A stretch of DNA of 42,592 nucleotides, taken from positions 1 to 42,592 of the forward strand of contig JBKCHH010000062.1 in the NCBI GenBank assembly GCA_046302855.1, written 5' to 3'. Shown one piece after another: positions 17,470-26,786 of the stretch. The notes under the pieces are model-generated. The model was not told the origin of the DNA, did no database searches, and saw nothing but the letters and a program-made list of their open reading frames with translations. Within the stretch, counting starts at the first letter, position 1, and each line of letters opens with the position of its first letter. The DNA comes from Alphaproteobacteria bacterium (GTDB lineage Bacteria > Pseudomonadota > Alphaproteobacteria > Rickettsiales > UBA8987). The position numbers and the translations under genes are program-made.

Positions 17470-18942
17470 TCAAAACCGCAAGCCCCTTTCTAAATCTTTG
17501 AATTTGCTTTGGAAGGAGAGGTCGGTTTTAAAGTTTTCCTCAATTTTTTTCACCGCATGGATTACGGAGGTGTGGTCTTTTCCGCCAAAGTTTCTGCCAA
17601 TTTCTGGCAGGCTAAAAGAAGTGTGTTTTCTAGCCAGATACATGGCAACATGCCTAGGCGTTGCAATGTTTCGACTCCTTTTTAAAGAGTTCAAATCAGA
17701 TACTGAAATATTATAAAATTCACACACTTTCTTTTTTATATTCTCTATAGTTATAGGCTTATGGGAAGAGATAATACTTTCTTGTAATAGCAAAATAATA
17801 CTTTCTTTTGAAAGGCTTAAGCCAAATGTTTCAACATTTAATTTAATTTTATTTATTGCCCCTTCAAGCTCTCTCATGCTAGTGGTAATTTTTTCTGCCA
17901 TTAGCTTGGCAATTTCTTCCCTCTCCACGGCATCATCAATTAAACTAACTAACTTTTGCTTGGCAAATTGAAGGCGTAGCTCATAATCAGCTGGCATAAT
18001 ATCTACCACCAAGCCACCGCTTATTCTAGATTTTACCGCCTCGTTAATATCATTTAAGCTAGAAGGAGCCCTATCGCCTGCCAGTATTACCTGCGTGCCG
18101 TTATTTACCAGCATATTGAATATGTGCAAAAACTCTTCCTGAGTTCCCTTTTTACCATTTATGAATTGAAAATCATCAATCAGCAAAATATCTATATTTT
18201 TGAACTTTTCTTTAAAGTGCATTATCTGATTGTTCTGCAAAGATTTTACAAAGTTAAAAATGAACCTTTCGATAGAAAAATACTCAATTTTTACCTCTGG
18301 CTTATTTGCTACAATATGGTTTCTAATGGAATGAAGTAAATGGGTTTTACCGTTGCCAACCAGCCCGTATAGGTAAAGAGAGTTAGTTTTTTCTAGCACC
18401 TTGCCACTTTCTGCAATTTTTTTGCAGATGGCAAAGGCTAGCTGATTGCTTTTGCTCACCAAAAAATTATCAAAATTGTGATTAAGATTAAACTTTTTGT
18501 TAAATAAATCGTCGCTAATTTCTGATATTGAAGGATTTTCTGACGATTGATTTTTTAGGTGGGAAAGAATTGAATTTTCTGCTGTTTTTTCTTTCGTCCT
18601 TTCAGTTGATTTTTTGGCAACCTTTATTTCCACCCTATAAATTAATCTATCGAACTTTAGGCAGGTTTTTATTATTTCTTCGCAGTATTTTTGCTCCACC
18701 CAATCCTTTATAAACCTTGTTTGGGCTTCAAGATGCAAGAATTTATCTTCTAGCTTTATAATTTTTAAATCCTTTAGCCAGCCGTTAAAATTTGCCTCAC
18801 CTATTTCTAGATGCAGAGATTTTAAAACCTTATCCCAAAAGGCATTTAACTTATAATTGCTTAATGGAATAGAAGAGGATTCTATTGGCAATTGCTGAAA
18901 ATTCTGCGGAGAATTAACTTCTATTTTTCTAAAATTATTCAT
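17470..18942 (-). CDS. dnaA: Chromosomal replication initiator DnaA
   Basis: LYLYGLVGNGKTHLL, LLIDDFQF, QEEFLHIFN, RELEGA, domain IV PRHVAMYL...LPEIGRNFGGKDHTSVIHA. Confidence 0.98.
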   Translation of the reverse strand: MNNFRKIEVNSPQNFQQLPIESSSIPLSNYKLNAFWDKVLKSLHLEIGEANFNGWLKDLKIIKLEDKFLHLEAQTRFIKDWVEQKYCEEIIKTCLKFDRLIYRVEIKVAKKSTERTKEKTAENSILSHLKNQSSENPSISEISDDLFNKKFNLNHNFDNFLVSKSNQLAFAICKKIAESGKVLEKTNSLYLYGLVGNGKTHLLHSIRNHIVANKPEVKIEYFSIERFIFNFVKSLQNNQIMHFKEKFKNIDILLIDDFQFINGKKGTQEEFLHIFNMLVNNGTQVILAGDRAPSSLNDINEAVKSRISGGLVVDIMPADYELRLQFAKQKLVSLIDDAVEREEIAKLMAEKITTSMRELEGAINKIKLNVETFGLSLSKESIILLLQESIISSHKPITIENIKKKVCEFYNISVSDLNSLKRSRNIATPRHVAMYLARKHTSFSLPEIGRNFGGKDHTSVIHAVKKIEENFKTDLSFQSKFKDLERGLRF

Positions 18943-18959
18943 TTATATCAATTATTTGT

Positions 18960-19370
18960 TTAATCTTGTTTCCACGGTAGTTTAGAAAATTTCCATCCTT
19001 CTAATGAATTTCTATGAGAATTTTTATCTAAATGCCCTTCAAAGCCATCAACGATGTTATAGATTTTTTTGTAGCCCAAAGAAAAAGCCACTTTACTTGC
19101 CTCTAAAGACCTTCCGCCAGAGCGACAGGTGAATAGAATGGGAACATCTTTTGTAGGAACTTGCTTTTTTAAATCTTCCGCAAAAAGCATATTTGGTTGC
19201 CTATCTTGGTATTTATATAGAGAAATAAATATTGGGGTTTTATTTATAGATTTTAAATCTGGCACGCCAACAAAGGTCCATTCAGCTGCCGTTCTTACAT
19301 CTACCAAACAGGCATTTGCATTGGATTTTAGCAGTTCCCAAGCCTGTAGTGCGGTAATATTTTCTATCAT
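18960..19370 (-). CDS. Rhodanese-like domain protein
   Basis: LVDVRTAAEW..VGVP, CRSGGRS active loop, YNIVDGFEG, GW...LPW. Confidence 0.9.
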   Translation of the reverse strand: MIENITALQAWELLKSNANACLVDVRTAAEWTFVGVPDLKSINKTPIFISLYKYQDRQPNMLFAEDLKKQVPTKDVPILFTCRSGGRSLEASKVAFSLGYKKIYNIVDGFEGHLDKNSHRNSLEGWKFSKLPWKQD

Positions 19371-19587
19371 AATTTTTTAAATGGTAGGAGGCCATTGTTG
19401 AATGATTTTTTATTATTAATAAAGTTCAAATATCATTTTTTTTATACAAAATTAGGTTGACAATCTTATTTCAAAGCCAAGCCTAAAGCTTAGAATTTCA
19501 AGGGTTTTTTTTAAAATTTTTATCAAAATCTATTCACATTTTTTAAAAACTATACTATATATAGATTAAATGTAGTTTTAGAATTTT

Positions 19588-20544
19588 ATGAAAAAAATTA
19601 AAGAAAGCAAATTGGTGATTATTGGCTCTGGCCCCGCTGGATGCACGGCAGCTATTTATGCCGCCCGCTCTAACCTATCGCCATTGCTTATTCATGGCCT
19701 ACAACCCGGTGGACAAATGACCATTACTAACGATGTGGAAAACTTCCCCGGCTTTATAGATAAGGTTGCTGGCCCTTGGCTTATGACGCAAATGGAAGAG
19801 CAGGCAAAAAAATACGGCACTGAAGTTATAAACGATGTAATTGTAAGGGTAGATTTCTCTAAAAACCCCTTCACACTAATAGGAGAAAGTGGCGTGGAAT
19901 ATAGGGCTAAGGCGATAATTGTTTCCACTGGAGCCTCTGCCAAGTGGCTTGGCATTGAAAGCGAAAAAAAGTTTCAAGGCTTTGGTGTTAGTGGCTGTGC
20001 TACTTGCGATGGCTTTTTTTTCAAAAACAAAATAGTGGCAGTAATTGGTGGAGGCAATTCTGCGGTTGAGGAGGCTCTTTACCTTACCCATCACGCTTCT
20101 AAAGTTTATTTGATTCACAGGCGAGACAAACTAAGGGCAGAAAAAATTCAGCAACAGAGGCTTTTTGCCCATCCAAAAATAGAAACAATATGGAATAGTG
20201 AGGTAAAAAAAATACTAGGCGATGATAATCCACCAAGCGTTACTGGCATAGAAATTATAAATAACATCACCAATAAATCATCTAAAATAAAGCTAGATGG
20301 CGTGTTTGTAGCCATAGGGCATAAGCCAAACACGGATGTATTTAAAGATTTTCTTGCAATTGATGATGATGGCTACATAATAACTGAAGCCAAAAGCACA
20401 AAAACCAACATAGATGGCGTTTTTGCTTGTGGTGATGTGCAGGATAAAATTTATCGTCAAGCGGTAACTTCAGCTGGTAGTGGCTGTATGGCGGCCATTG
20501 ATGCTTTAAAGTTTATAGAAGGTAAAGAATTAGAGGGCAAATAA
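19588..20544 (+). CDS. trxB: Thioredoxin reductase
   Basis: IIGSGPAG, GVSGCATCDGFF, GGGNSAVEEA, FACGDVQD..YRQA. Confidence 0.97.
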   Translation: MKKIKESKLVIIGSGPAGCTAAIYAARSNLSPLLIHGLQPGGQMTITNDVENFPGFIDKVAGPWLMTQMEEQAKKYGTEVINDVIVRVDFSKNPFTLIGESGVEYRAKAIIVSTGASAKWLGIESEKKFQGFGVSGCATCDGFFFKNKIVAVIGGGNSAVEEALYLTHHASKVYLIHRRDKLRAEKIQQQRLFAHPKIETIWNSEVKKILGDDNPPSVTGIEIINNITNKSSKIKLDGVFVAIGHKPNTDVFKDFLAIDDDGYIITEAKSTKTNIDGVFACGDVQDKIYRQAVTSAGSGCMAAIDALKFIEGKELEGK

Positions 20545-20567
20545 ATCAAGGTAATGATTATAAACTT

Positions 20568-21287
20568 ATGAAGTATAAACTAAATATTATAGTTCTTACC
20601 CTAGCCACTATTATTTTCTATGCCTGTTCCGCCAATTATAATGATAAAAATAACAATCAAGATATGCCAGCCCCTTTAGTGGTTAGGGATATTACGCCTT
20701 CTCTGCCACCGCAAGCCCTTCCGCAAGCTATGCCACCACAAAACCTGCCACAACCTTTCCCACCACAACAGCAATTACAGCCGGTTCCACAAGATTTTGG
20801 AGCCAATATCCCCAACCTGCAAAATAGAAATACCTTAAATATTAACAACCAACCCCCCTTAAATCTGCCTGCCCCGCAACAGGATGCAGACATGTTCAAC
20901 CCGCCAAAATCACTAGAGAAATTGCCGGCCATGCTAGATTCCCCCTTTATAACTATTGGTGACAGGGTCTATTTTGATTTCAACAGTGCCAAATTAAATC
21001 GTGAAGCCTTAGTGGTGCTAAGCAAACAGGTAAAATGGATGCAGAAAAACCCCAAATCTAAACTATTGCTAGAAGGGCATGATGATGCTAGAGGCTCAGA
21101 TGAATTTGCCTATAATATAGCCCTGCACAGGGCAATGAATGTAAAAAGATATTTAGTTGCTAAGGGAATTAATGAAGCTAGAATAAAGGTGGTTTCTTAC
21201 GGCAAGGCCTTTCCTGAATATGCGGGAACGGGCGAGGCTACCTTTAGCAAAAACAGAAGGGTTGTATCTGTAATAACTAACTACTAA
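20568..21287 (+). CDS. Pal/OmpA-family lipoprotein with Pro/Gln-rich linker
   Basis: Lipobox FYAC; GDRVYFDFNS, LEGHDDARG, VSYGK..P, NRRVV. Confidence 0.85.
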   Translation: MKYKLNIIVLTLATIIFYACSANYNDKNNNQDMPAPLVVRDITPSLPPQALPQAMPPQNLPQPFPPQQQLQPVPQDFGANIPNLQNRNTLNINNQPPLNLPAPQQDADMFNPPKSLEKLPAMLDSPFITIGDRVYFDFNSAKLNREALVVLSKQVKWMQKNPKSKLLLEGHDDARGSDEFAYNIALHRAMNVKRYLVAKGINEARIKVVSYGKAFPEYAGTGEATFSKNRRVVSVITNY

Positions 21288-21301
21288 CTATAGGTATTTT
21301 T

Positions 21302-22285
21302 ATGAAATATTTGATTCTACTAATGTTTTTGTTTTCTAGTTTTAATCTTTACGCCCAGCAGAATTTAGAAATTGTTGCTAAGGTAAATAATAAGGTAATT
21401 ACCAGTATAGATGTAAAAAACAGAATTTCTCTATTAACTGCTGGTGATGAAGAGGCTAAAAAGCAAAAAAATATTACTCAAGCCCTTGCCTCGCAAGTTC
21501 TGGCAGATTTAATTAGAGAGTATCTGCAGTTAGAATATGCCCACGAAAATAATATTAAGGTTACCGATGCTGAACTAGACGCGGCATTTAAATCCATTGC
21601 CCAGAAAAATGGCTTAGGAGTAAAGGGTTTTGAAGAGTTCTTGGCAAAAAATAAAGTTTCTAGAAAATCTTTAGATGAAAAGCTGGGGGCGCAGATTGCT
21701 TGGAATAAGCTTGTAGGCAGTAAGTTTGGCAAAACCATTCAAGTAACGGCAGATGAGGTAAATAAAGAATATGAATCAACCAACACACAAAAACAAAAGG
21801 CAAAGAACACGCCGGTGGAGGTTTTTTTAAGTGAAATTTTAATAGGCACCAAAAATAGAAGCAAGGCAGATGCTAATAATTTGGCCAAGCAAATTATTAG
21901 AGACTATAATAATGGCACGCAGTTTAGTGAACTTGCCTTTAAATATTCCGATTCTAAATCTAAAGAAAACGGCGGAACTTTGGGCTGGGTATCCATTGGG
22001 CAGATGAAAGACTCAATTAGAAAAAAAATTGAAGCCGCCAAGCCCCAATCAATCTTGCCACCCTTTGAGGATAATAAAAATATAGTTTTATTAAAGGTGG
22101 GCAATAAAAGAGACCTATCAAATGGTAAGGGTGCAACTCAAAAAGAGCCAAAAATCACCAAAGAGCAGGCAAGTAATATAGTATTTTCAAGAAAGCTAGA
22201 AGAAGAAGGCCAAAGGTTCACCAACAAAATCTACAAGGAAGCCTATATTGAAATTTTAGAGGGGAATTTAAAGAATATAAGGTAA
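21302..22285 (+). CDS. SurA/PrsA-like parvulin peptidyl-prolyl isomerase chaperone
   Basis: Signal peptide, IVAKVNNKVITS, FSELAFKYSD..SKENGGTLGWV. Confidence 0.85.
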   Translation: MKYLILLMFLFSSFNLYAQQNLEIVAKVNNKVITSIDVKNRISLLTAGDEEAKKQKNITQALASQVLADLIREYLQLEYAHENNIKVTDAELDAAFKSIAQKNGLGVKGFEEFLAKNKVSRKSLDEKLGAQIAWNKLVGSKFGKTIQVTADEVNKEYESTNTQKQKAKNTPVEVFLSEILIGTKNRSKADANNLAKQIIRDYNNGTQFSELAFKYSDSKSKENGGTLGWVSIGQMKDSIRKKIEAAKPQSILPPFEDNKNIVLLKVGNKRDLSNGKGATQKEPKITKEQASNIVFSRKLEEEGQRFTNKIYKEAYIEILEGNLKNIR

Positions 22286-22363
22286 GTAACTTCGCTCCAT
22301 TTATTTAATTATGCCTACTTTAAGTATAAAGTAATGTGGTTTGATAAAATTAAGTTTTAGTTT

Positions 22364-22379
22364 TTAATAAAAATTTAAC
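22364..22379. promoter_or_regulatory. Possible CtrA box
   Basis: TTAA-TAAAAAT-TTAAC, 36 bp upstream of the pentapeptide gene ATG. Confidence 0.35.
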
Positions 22380-22415
22380 ACAAGGCCTTTAGTAGTTTAA
22401 AAAACCGCAATAAAA

Positions 22416-23243
22416 ATGGCTGAAGAAAACACCCCTATAAACAGTTATTCAGATTTATATGTTTTTGTAGCTAAAAGTTTATTTAAGACATTGCTTAATT
22501 TGCTTGATTCATCTGACACTTTTAAAAAAATAAATGCAAGAAACGCATTATTAAAATTGGAGCCTGAAAGTAATGAAGATGCTATAAGGCAACAAAAATC
22601 AGAAATACAGCCTTTATATGCTGAACTAAAACAAGAATTAGAAGAAGCGCTAACAAAAATAATAGTTAATGCCCAAGGGTTGACAAGGAGAAAAACAAAT
22701 TCGGACTTAGTAGAACAACCCTTATCTCTTGGTAAAGATAGCTTTACTCTCAATGGAGGTTTTTATACTCCAGTTCTTGATAAATTATTTAGAAAAGGAG
22801 TTCCCGAAGAAGTTTCAAAAATTATAGCCGAAATAATAGCAGAAAAAGGGCTTGATCTTTATTGGTCAAACTTTACCAAGGCAGAGCTTATAGAGGCAGA
22901 TTTTTCTGGAACAAGGCTTAGGAATGCAAAGTTTATAGAGGCAAATCTTTCTGGGGCAAATTTTTCTGGGGCAGAACTTAGATGGGCAAAGCTTTCTGGT
23001 ATAAAGGGTGAGAGGGCAGATTTTTCTAGGGCAAATCTTTATGGGGCAGATCTTTATATGGCAAATCTTGGCGGGGCAGATTTAAGGGGGGCTAAGTTTG
23101 ATGAAAAAACTACTTTACCAGATGATTTAAATACAAATTCACCATTATTCCCGTTTAGTAACAAACAAATAAATCAACTATCAGAAAGTGAAAAAGCAAA
23201 GGCTATAGCTTTTAATACAAAATTTGAAGAAAAAAAGAACTAA
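22416..23243 (+). CDS. Pentapeptide repeat-containing protein
   Basis: About 15 tandem A(D/N)(L/F)xx repeats with 15-bp DNA periodicity (~22870-23100); unrecognised helical N-terminal region. Confidence 0.85.
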   Translation: MAEENTPINSYSDLYVFVAKSLFKTLLNLLDSSDTFKKINARNALLKLEPESNEDAIRQQKSEIQPLYAELKQELEEALTKIIVNAQGLTRRKTNSDLVEQPLSLGKDSFTLNGGFYTPVLDKLFRKGVPEEVSKIIAEIIAEKGLDLYWSNFTKAELIEADFSGTRLRNAKFIEANLSGANFSGAELRWAKLSGIKGERADFSRANLYGADLYMANLGGADLRGAKFDEKTTLPDDLNTNSPLFPFSNKQINQLSESEKAKAIAFNTKFEEKKN

Positions 23244-23394
23244 AATATTGGGTATGGGAATTATAGGCTCTGGCGTTTTTGAGGTTAGCTTTCAAAACGT
23301 TTCAGCAACAGAACCACCTCCAACAATAGTTGCTGCTATTGTATGTCAAATTGTAAAATCAGCAATAGCCTATGGCATATAACATAAAAGATTA

Positions 23395-24636
23395 CTAAAT
23401 CGGCTGATGGGGGGCGTAAAAAACCTCCCGCAATTCCCCAATCTTATAATCACCTGCACTTAAAGGAATGTCTAGAAACTGTTCGCTTCTGCCAATGGAA
23501 ATGTTTTCTACTATTACCTTTTGCCGGCTACCAATTACCTTTTTTCTTAAATCCTCAACCTTTTCTTTACCCTTATTGATTAAAATATTTGCCCGCTCTT
23601 TTCTAATGTTTTTGGGAATTTGCCTTTCTAGCGGTATTTTGCTAGCTGGCGTGCCTTCCCTTTCTGAATAGGGGAAAACATGCAGATAGGTTAAACTTGC
23701 TTCGTCTATTATTTTTAATGAATTTTCAAATGCCTTTTCGCTCTCGGTGGGAAAGCCCGCAATAATATCTGCCCCAAAAACCATATCATGGCGAAGCTCC
23801 TTAGCTTTTTGGCAAAATTCTATAACTTGGTTTCTATTATGCCTTCTTTTCATTCTTTTTAGAATTAAATCATCACCCGCCTGCAGGCTTAAATGCAGGT
23901 GGGGCATAAGGCGAGGCTCATTTTTTATTAGGCTAAAAAAATCATTATCCAGTTCCGCCACATCTATGGAAGAAAGCCTAAGGCGGGGGAGTTCTGGAAC
24001 GGCAGCAAACAACCTTTTTAGCATTTGGCTTAAGGTAGTTTTTGTGGGCAAATCTAGCCCATAATCGGTAATATCCACCCCTGTTAGCACCACTTCGCTG
24101 TAGCCTTGCTCCACAAGTAGCTTAATCTGCTGGATAATTTGAGGCAAGGGAACACTTCTTGAATTTCCCCGTGCGAATGGAATTATGCAAAAGGTGCATC
24201 TATGATTGCAACCATTTTGCACCTGAACAAAGGCTCTTGCCTTATTTTCAAAGCCAGAAATTAAATGCAGGGCAGTTTCTTTTACCGCCATAATATCATT
24301 TACCAGCACCTTTTCAGTATTTTCTTGAAAGAGCGAATTGTATGACTCTTCTTTAAACTTTTCTTCATTGCCAATTACTAAATCTACCTCTGCTAAACCT
24401 TCATACTGTTTAGGGTTAATTTGTGCAGAGCATCCCGTTACCACAATTTTTTTGTTTGGATTTGCCCTTCTAAATTTTCTAATTGATTGCTTTGCCTTGT
24501 TTTCCGCCTCTTTAGTAACGGCGCAGGTGTTGAATATTATAAAATCATCCACCCCTTTACCTTCCAGCTTATTTTTTATCACCTCTGATTCATAAGAATT
24601 TAGGCGACAGCCAAAGGTAATTATTTGATTAGCCAT
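23395..24636 (-). CDS. mtaB: tRNA t6A37 methylthiotransferase MtaB
   Basis: TFGCRLNSYES, NTCAVT, VTGCSAQ, QNGCNHRCTFC radical SAM motif, RLRLSSID. Confidence 0.93.
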   Translation of the reverse strand: MANQIITFGCRLNSYESEVIKNKLEGKGVDDFIIFNTCAVTKEAENKAKQSIRKFRRANPNKKIVVTGCSAQINPKQYEGLAEVDLVIGNEEKFKEESYNSLFQENTEKVLVNDIMAVKETALHLISGFENKARAFVQVQNGCNHRCTFCIIPFARGNSRSVPLPQIIQQIKLLVEQGYSEVVLTGVDITDYGLDLPTKTTLSQMLKRLFAAVPELPRLRLSSIDVAELDNDFFSLIKNEPRLMPHLHLSLQAGDDLILKRMKRRHNRNQVIEFCQKAKELRHDMVFGADIIAGFPTESEKAFENSLKIIDEASLTYLHVFPYSEREGTPASKIPLERQIPKNIRKERANILINKGKEKVEDLRKKVIGSRQKVIVENISIGRSEQFLDIPLSAGDYKIGELREVFYAPHQPI

Positions 24637-24652
24637 TACTTTTAGTTAGCCC

Positions 24653-25186
24653 CTAAGCAGTTTTTTCTTCCCTATATTTTGCTAGCACCTTTTCAAGGTC
24701 TGTTTGCGTGCAAAGCCCTAGTAGAACAGGGTCTCTTGGTTTTATATTTTTAATATTCCAATGTTCTCTATCCTTTACCGCTTGAATGGTTTTTTTAGTA
24801 GTGCCAATTAACCTAATTATTTGTGATTCTGTAACCTTGGGATGATTTTTTTCAAACCACATTACTGCATCTGGCTTATCATTCCTTCTGGCTATGGGCG
24901 TATATTTGGAAGATTTCTTTTTTTGCTCTTTAATATAATTAATAAAATCACTAGCTAGTTCTAGCTTGTGGTTTGGGTTTTTCATTGCCGCATCTAATTC
25001 TTCTTTTAGCACTATTCCTTTTTGAATAGGGTCTTCTGGAATCATATTGGTTGCAACTTCACCATCTGCAATTGATTTAATTTCTAGCTCATGCAGGCCA
25101 CAAAATTCAGCAATCTGCTTAAAAGTAAGGGTGGTATTATCTACTAGCCAAAGGGCGGTAGCCTTTTTCATTATTGGTAAGGTCAT
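24653..25186 (-). CDS. trcR: DUF1013 family transcriptional regulator TrcR
   Basis: KATALWLVDNTTLTFKQIAEFCGLH.LEI..IADG, YTPIARR.DKPDA, HWN..NIKPRDPVLLGLCTQ. Confidence 0.88.
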   Translation of the reverse strand: MTLPIMKKATALWLVDNTTLTFKQIAEFCGLHELEIKSIADGEVATNMIPEDPIQKGIVLKEELDAAMKNPNHKLELASDFINYIKEQKKKSSKYTPIARRNDKPDAVMWFEKNHPKVTESQIIRLIGTTKKTIQAVKDREHWNIKNIKPRDPVLLGLCTQTDLEKVLAKYREEKTA

Positions 25187-25264
25187 ATTTCTTATCTCGC
25201 TTCTTAAATGGTTTGGAGTTTACTAATATCAGATGCTTAAATAATCAAGGATAAACTAAAAAAA

Positions 25265-26632
25265 CTACTTACCCTTGCCGGCTACTTTCTTTTGAGGGGA
25301 GGATTCTTCTTTAGCGGAATTATACTCTAGTAATGGTTGCGAAGAACCCTTCACCACGCCATCGTTAATATTCACTGATTTTAGATTTTTAATTTCTGGC
25401 AAATCGAACATTAAATCCCGTAGCATATTTTCTATTATGGAGCGAAGACCGCGCGCCCCAGTTTTTTTCTTGATTGCCTTTTTGGCAATTTCAGTAAGGG
25501 CGGTTTTGTTGAAGTTTAAATCCACCCCCTCCATTGAAAATAGCTTTTGATATTGTTTTACTAGAGCATTTTTTGGCTCAGTTAAAATTTGCGTTAGGGC
25601 AGATTCGTCTAAATCATCCAACACCGCCAAAACTGGCAACCTGCCAATGAATTCTGGAATCATGCCAAACCTTATTAAATCTTCCTGCTCCATTTTGCGG
25701 AAAATTTCGCCGGCATTCATTTTTTCTTCCTTTTTTATATCCACGCCAAAGCCAATGCCACCACCCTGCACCCTTCTCTCGATAATTTTTTCTAGCCCTG
25801 CAAAAGCACCGCCACAAATAAATAGAATGTTAGAAGTATCAACCTGTAAGAACTCTTGCTGTGGGTGCTTTCTGCCCCCTTGTGGTGGAACATGGGCAAC
25901 CGTTCCTTCAATTAATTTTAGCAAGGCCTGCTGAACGCCTTCACCTGATACATCCCTTGTAATAGATGGGTTTTCAGACTTTCTGGCGATTTTATCTATT
26001 TCGTCTATATAAATTATGCCCTTTTCTGCCTCTTCCACATTATAATCTGCCGATTGCAGTAGGCGAAGGATTATATTTTCCACATCTTCACCCACATAGC
26101 CAGCTTCAGTTAGGGTGGTGGCATCTGCCACGGCAAAGGGAACATTTAGAATTCTTGCTAAGGTTTCAGCTAGAAGTGTTTTTCCGCAACCAGTTGGGCC
26201 AATTAGTAAAATATTTGATTTTGAAATTTCAACATCTTCCGTTTTTTTAAGTTGCAGAATTCTTTTATAATGGTTGTGAACTGCCACGGCTAGAACTTTT
26301 TTAGCCTCTTTTTGCCCTATAACATACTGTTCTAAAACGGTAAATATTTCTCTTGGGGTTGGAACCTCATCGAAGCCATCCACTGCAAGTGGCGCCCTGT
26401 TTTCTTCTACAATAATATCAAGACAAAGCTCAACACATTCATTACAGATATAAACATTAGGTCCAGCAATTAGCTTTTTTACCTCATGTTGTGATTTGCC
26501 ACAAAATGAGCAGTGAAGTTCTTCGCCGCCGCCAGCACCGCCGCCCCCAGTATTACTAGTTATTAGCTTATCTACCTTTGCCCCTTTAGAGGTAGCTTTT
26601 TTGCTATCTTTTGTATCTTTTTTATCTACCAT
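25265..26632 (-). CDS. clpX: ATP-dependent Clp protease ATP-binding subunit ClpX
   Basis: CSFCGK..VYICNEC zinc domain, [21 protein letters not shown] loop; ~35-aa Lys/Gly-rich N-terminal extension. Confidence 0.98.
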   Translation of the reverse strand: MVDKKDTKDSKKATSKGAKVDKLITSNTGGGGAGGGEELHCSFCGKSQHEVKKLIAGPNVYICNECVELCLDIIVEENRAPLAVDGFDEVPTPREIFTVLEQYVIGQKEAKKVLAVAVHNHYKRILQLKKTEDVEISKSNILLIGPTGCGKTLLAETLARILNVPFAVADATTLTEAGYVGEDVENIILRLLQSADYNVEEAEKGIIYIDEIDKIARKSENPSITRDVSGEGVQQALLKLIEGTVAHVPPQGGRKHPQQEFLQVDTSNILFICGGAFAGLEKIIERRVQGGGIGFGVDIKKEEKMNAGEIFRKMEQEDLIRFGMIPEFIGRLPVLAVLDDLDESALTQILTEPKNALVKQYQKLFSMEGVDLNFNKTALTEIAKKAIKKKTGARGLRSIIENMLRDLMFDLPEIKNLKSVNINDGVVKGSSQPLLEYNSAKEESSPQKKVAGKGK

Positions 26633-26667
26633 CTTCTTATTTTTGAATGTAGTTTAAACCAATTAGC

Positions 26668-26682
26668 TTAACAAATAATTAA
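26668..26682. promoter_or_regulatory. Possible CtrA box in the clpX/pgk divergent spacer
   Basis: TTAA-CAAATAA-TTAA. Confidence 0.3.
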
Positions 26683-26786
26683 TTGAATGAAACTTTTGCT
26701 TAGTCAAGCTATATTTAATTTTTTAGGAGCTTGAGTTTTATTTACAAATTATTTTTCATTCAATATAAGAATGCAAAAAAATTACA

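Noticed and set aside
19371-19587. AT-rich spacer near dnaA as oriC
   Set aside because: Only two imperfect DnaA boxes; also serves as a divergent promoter region.
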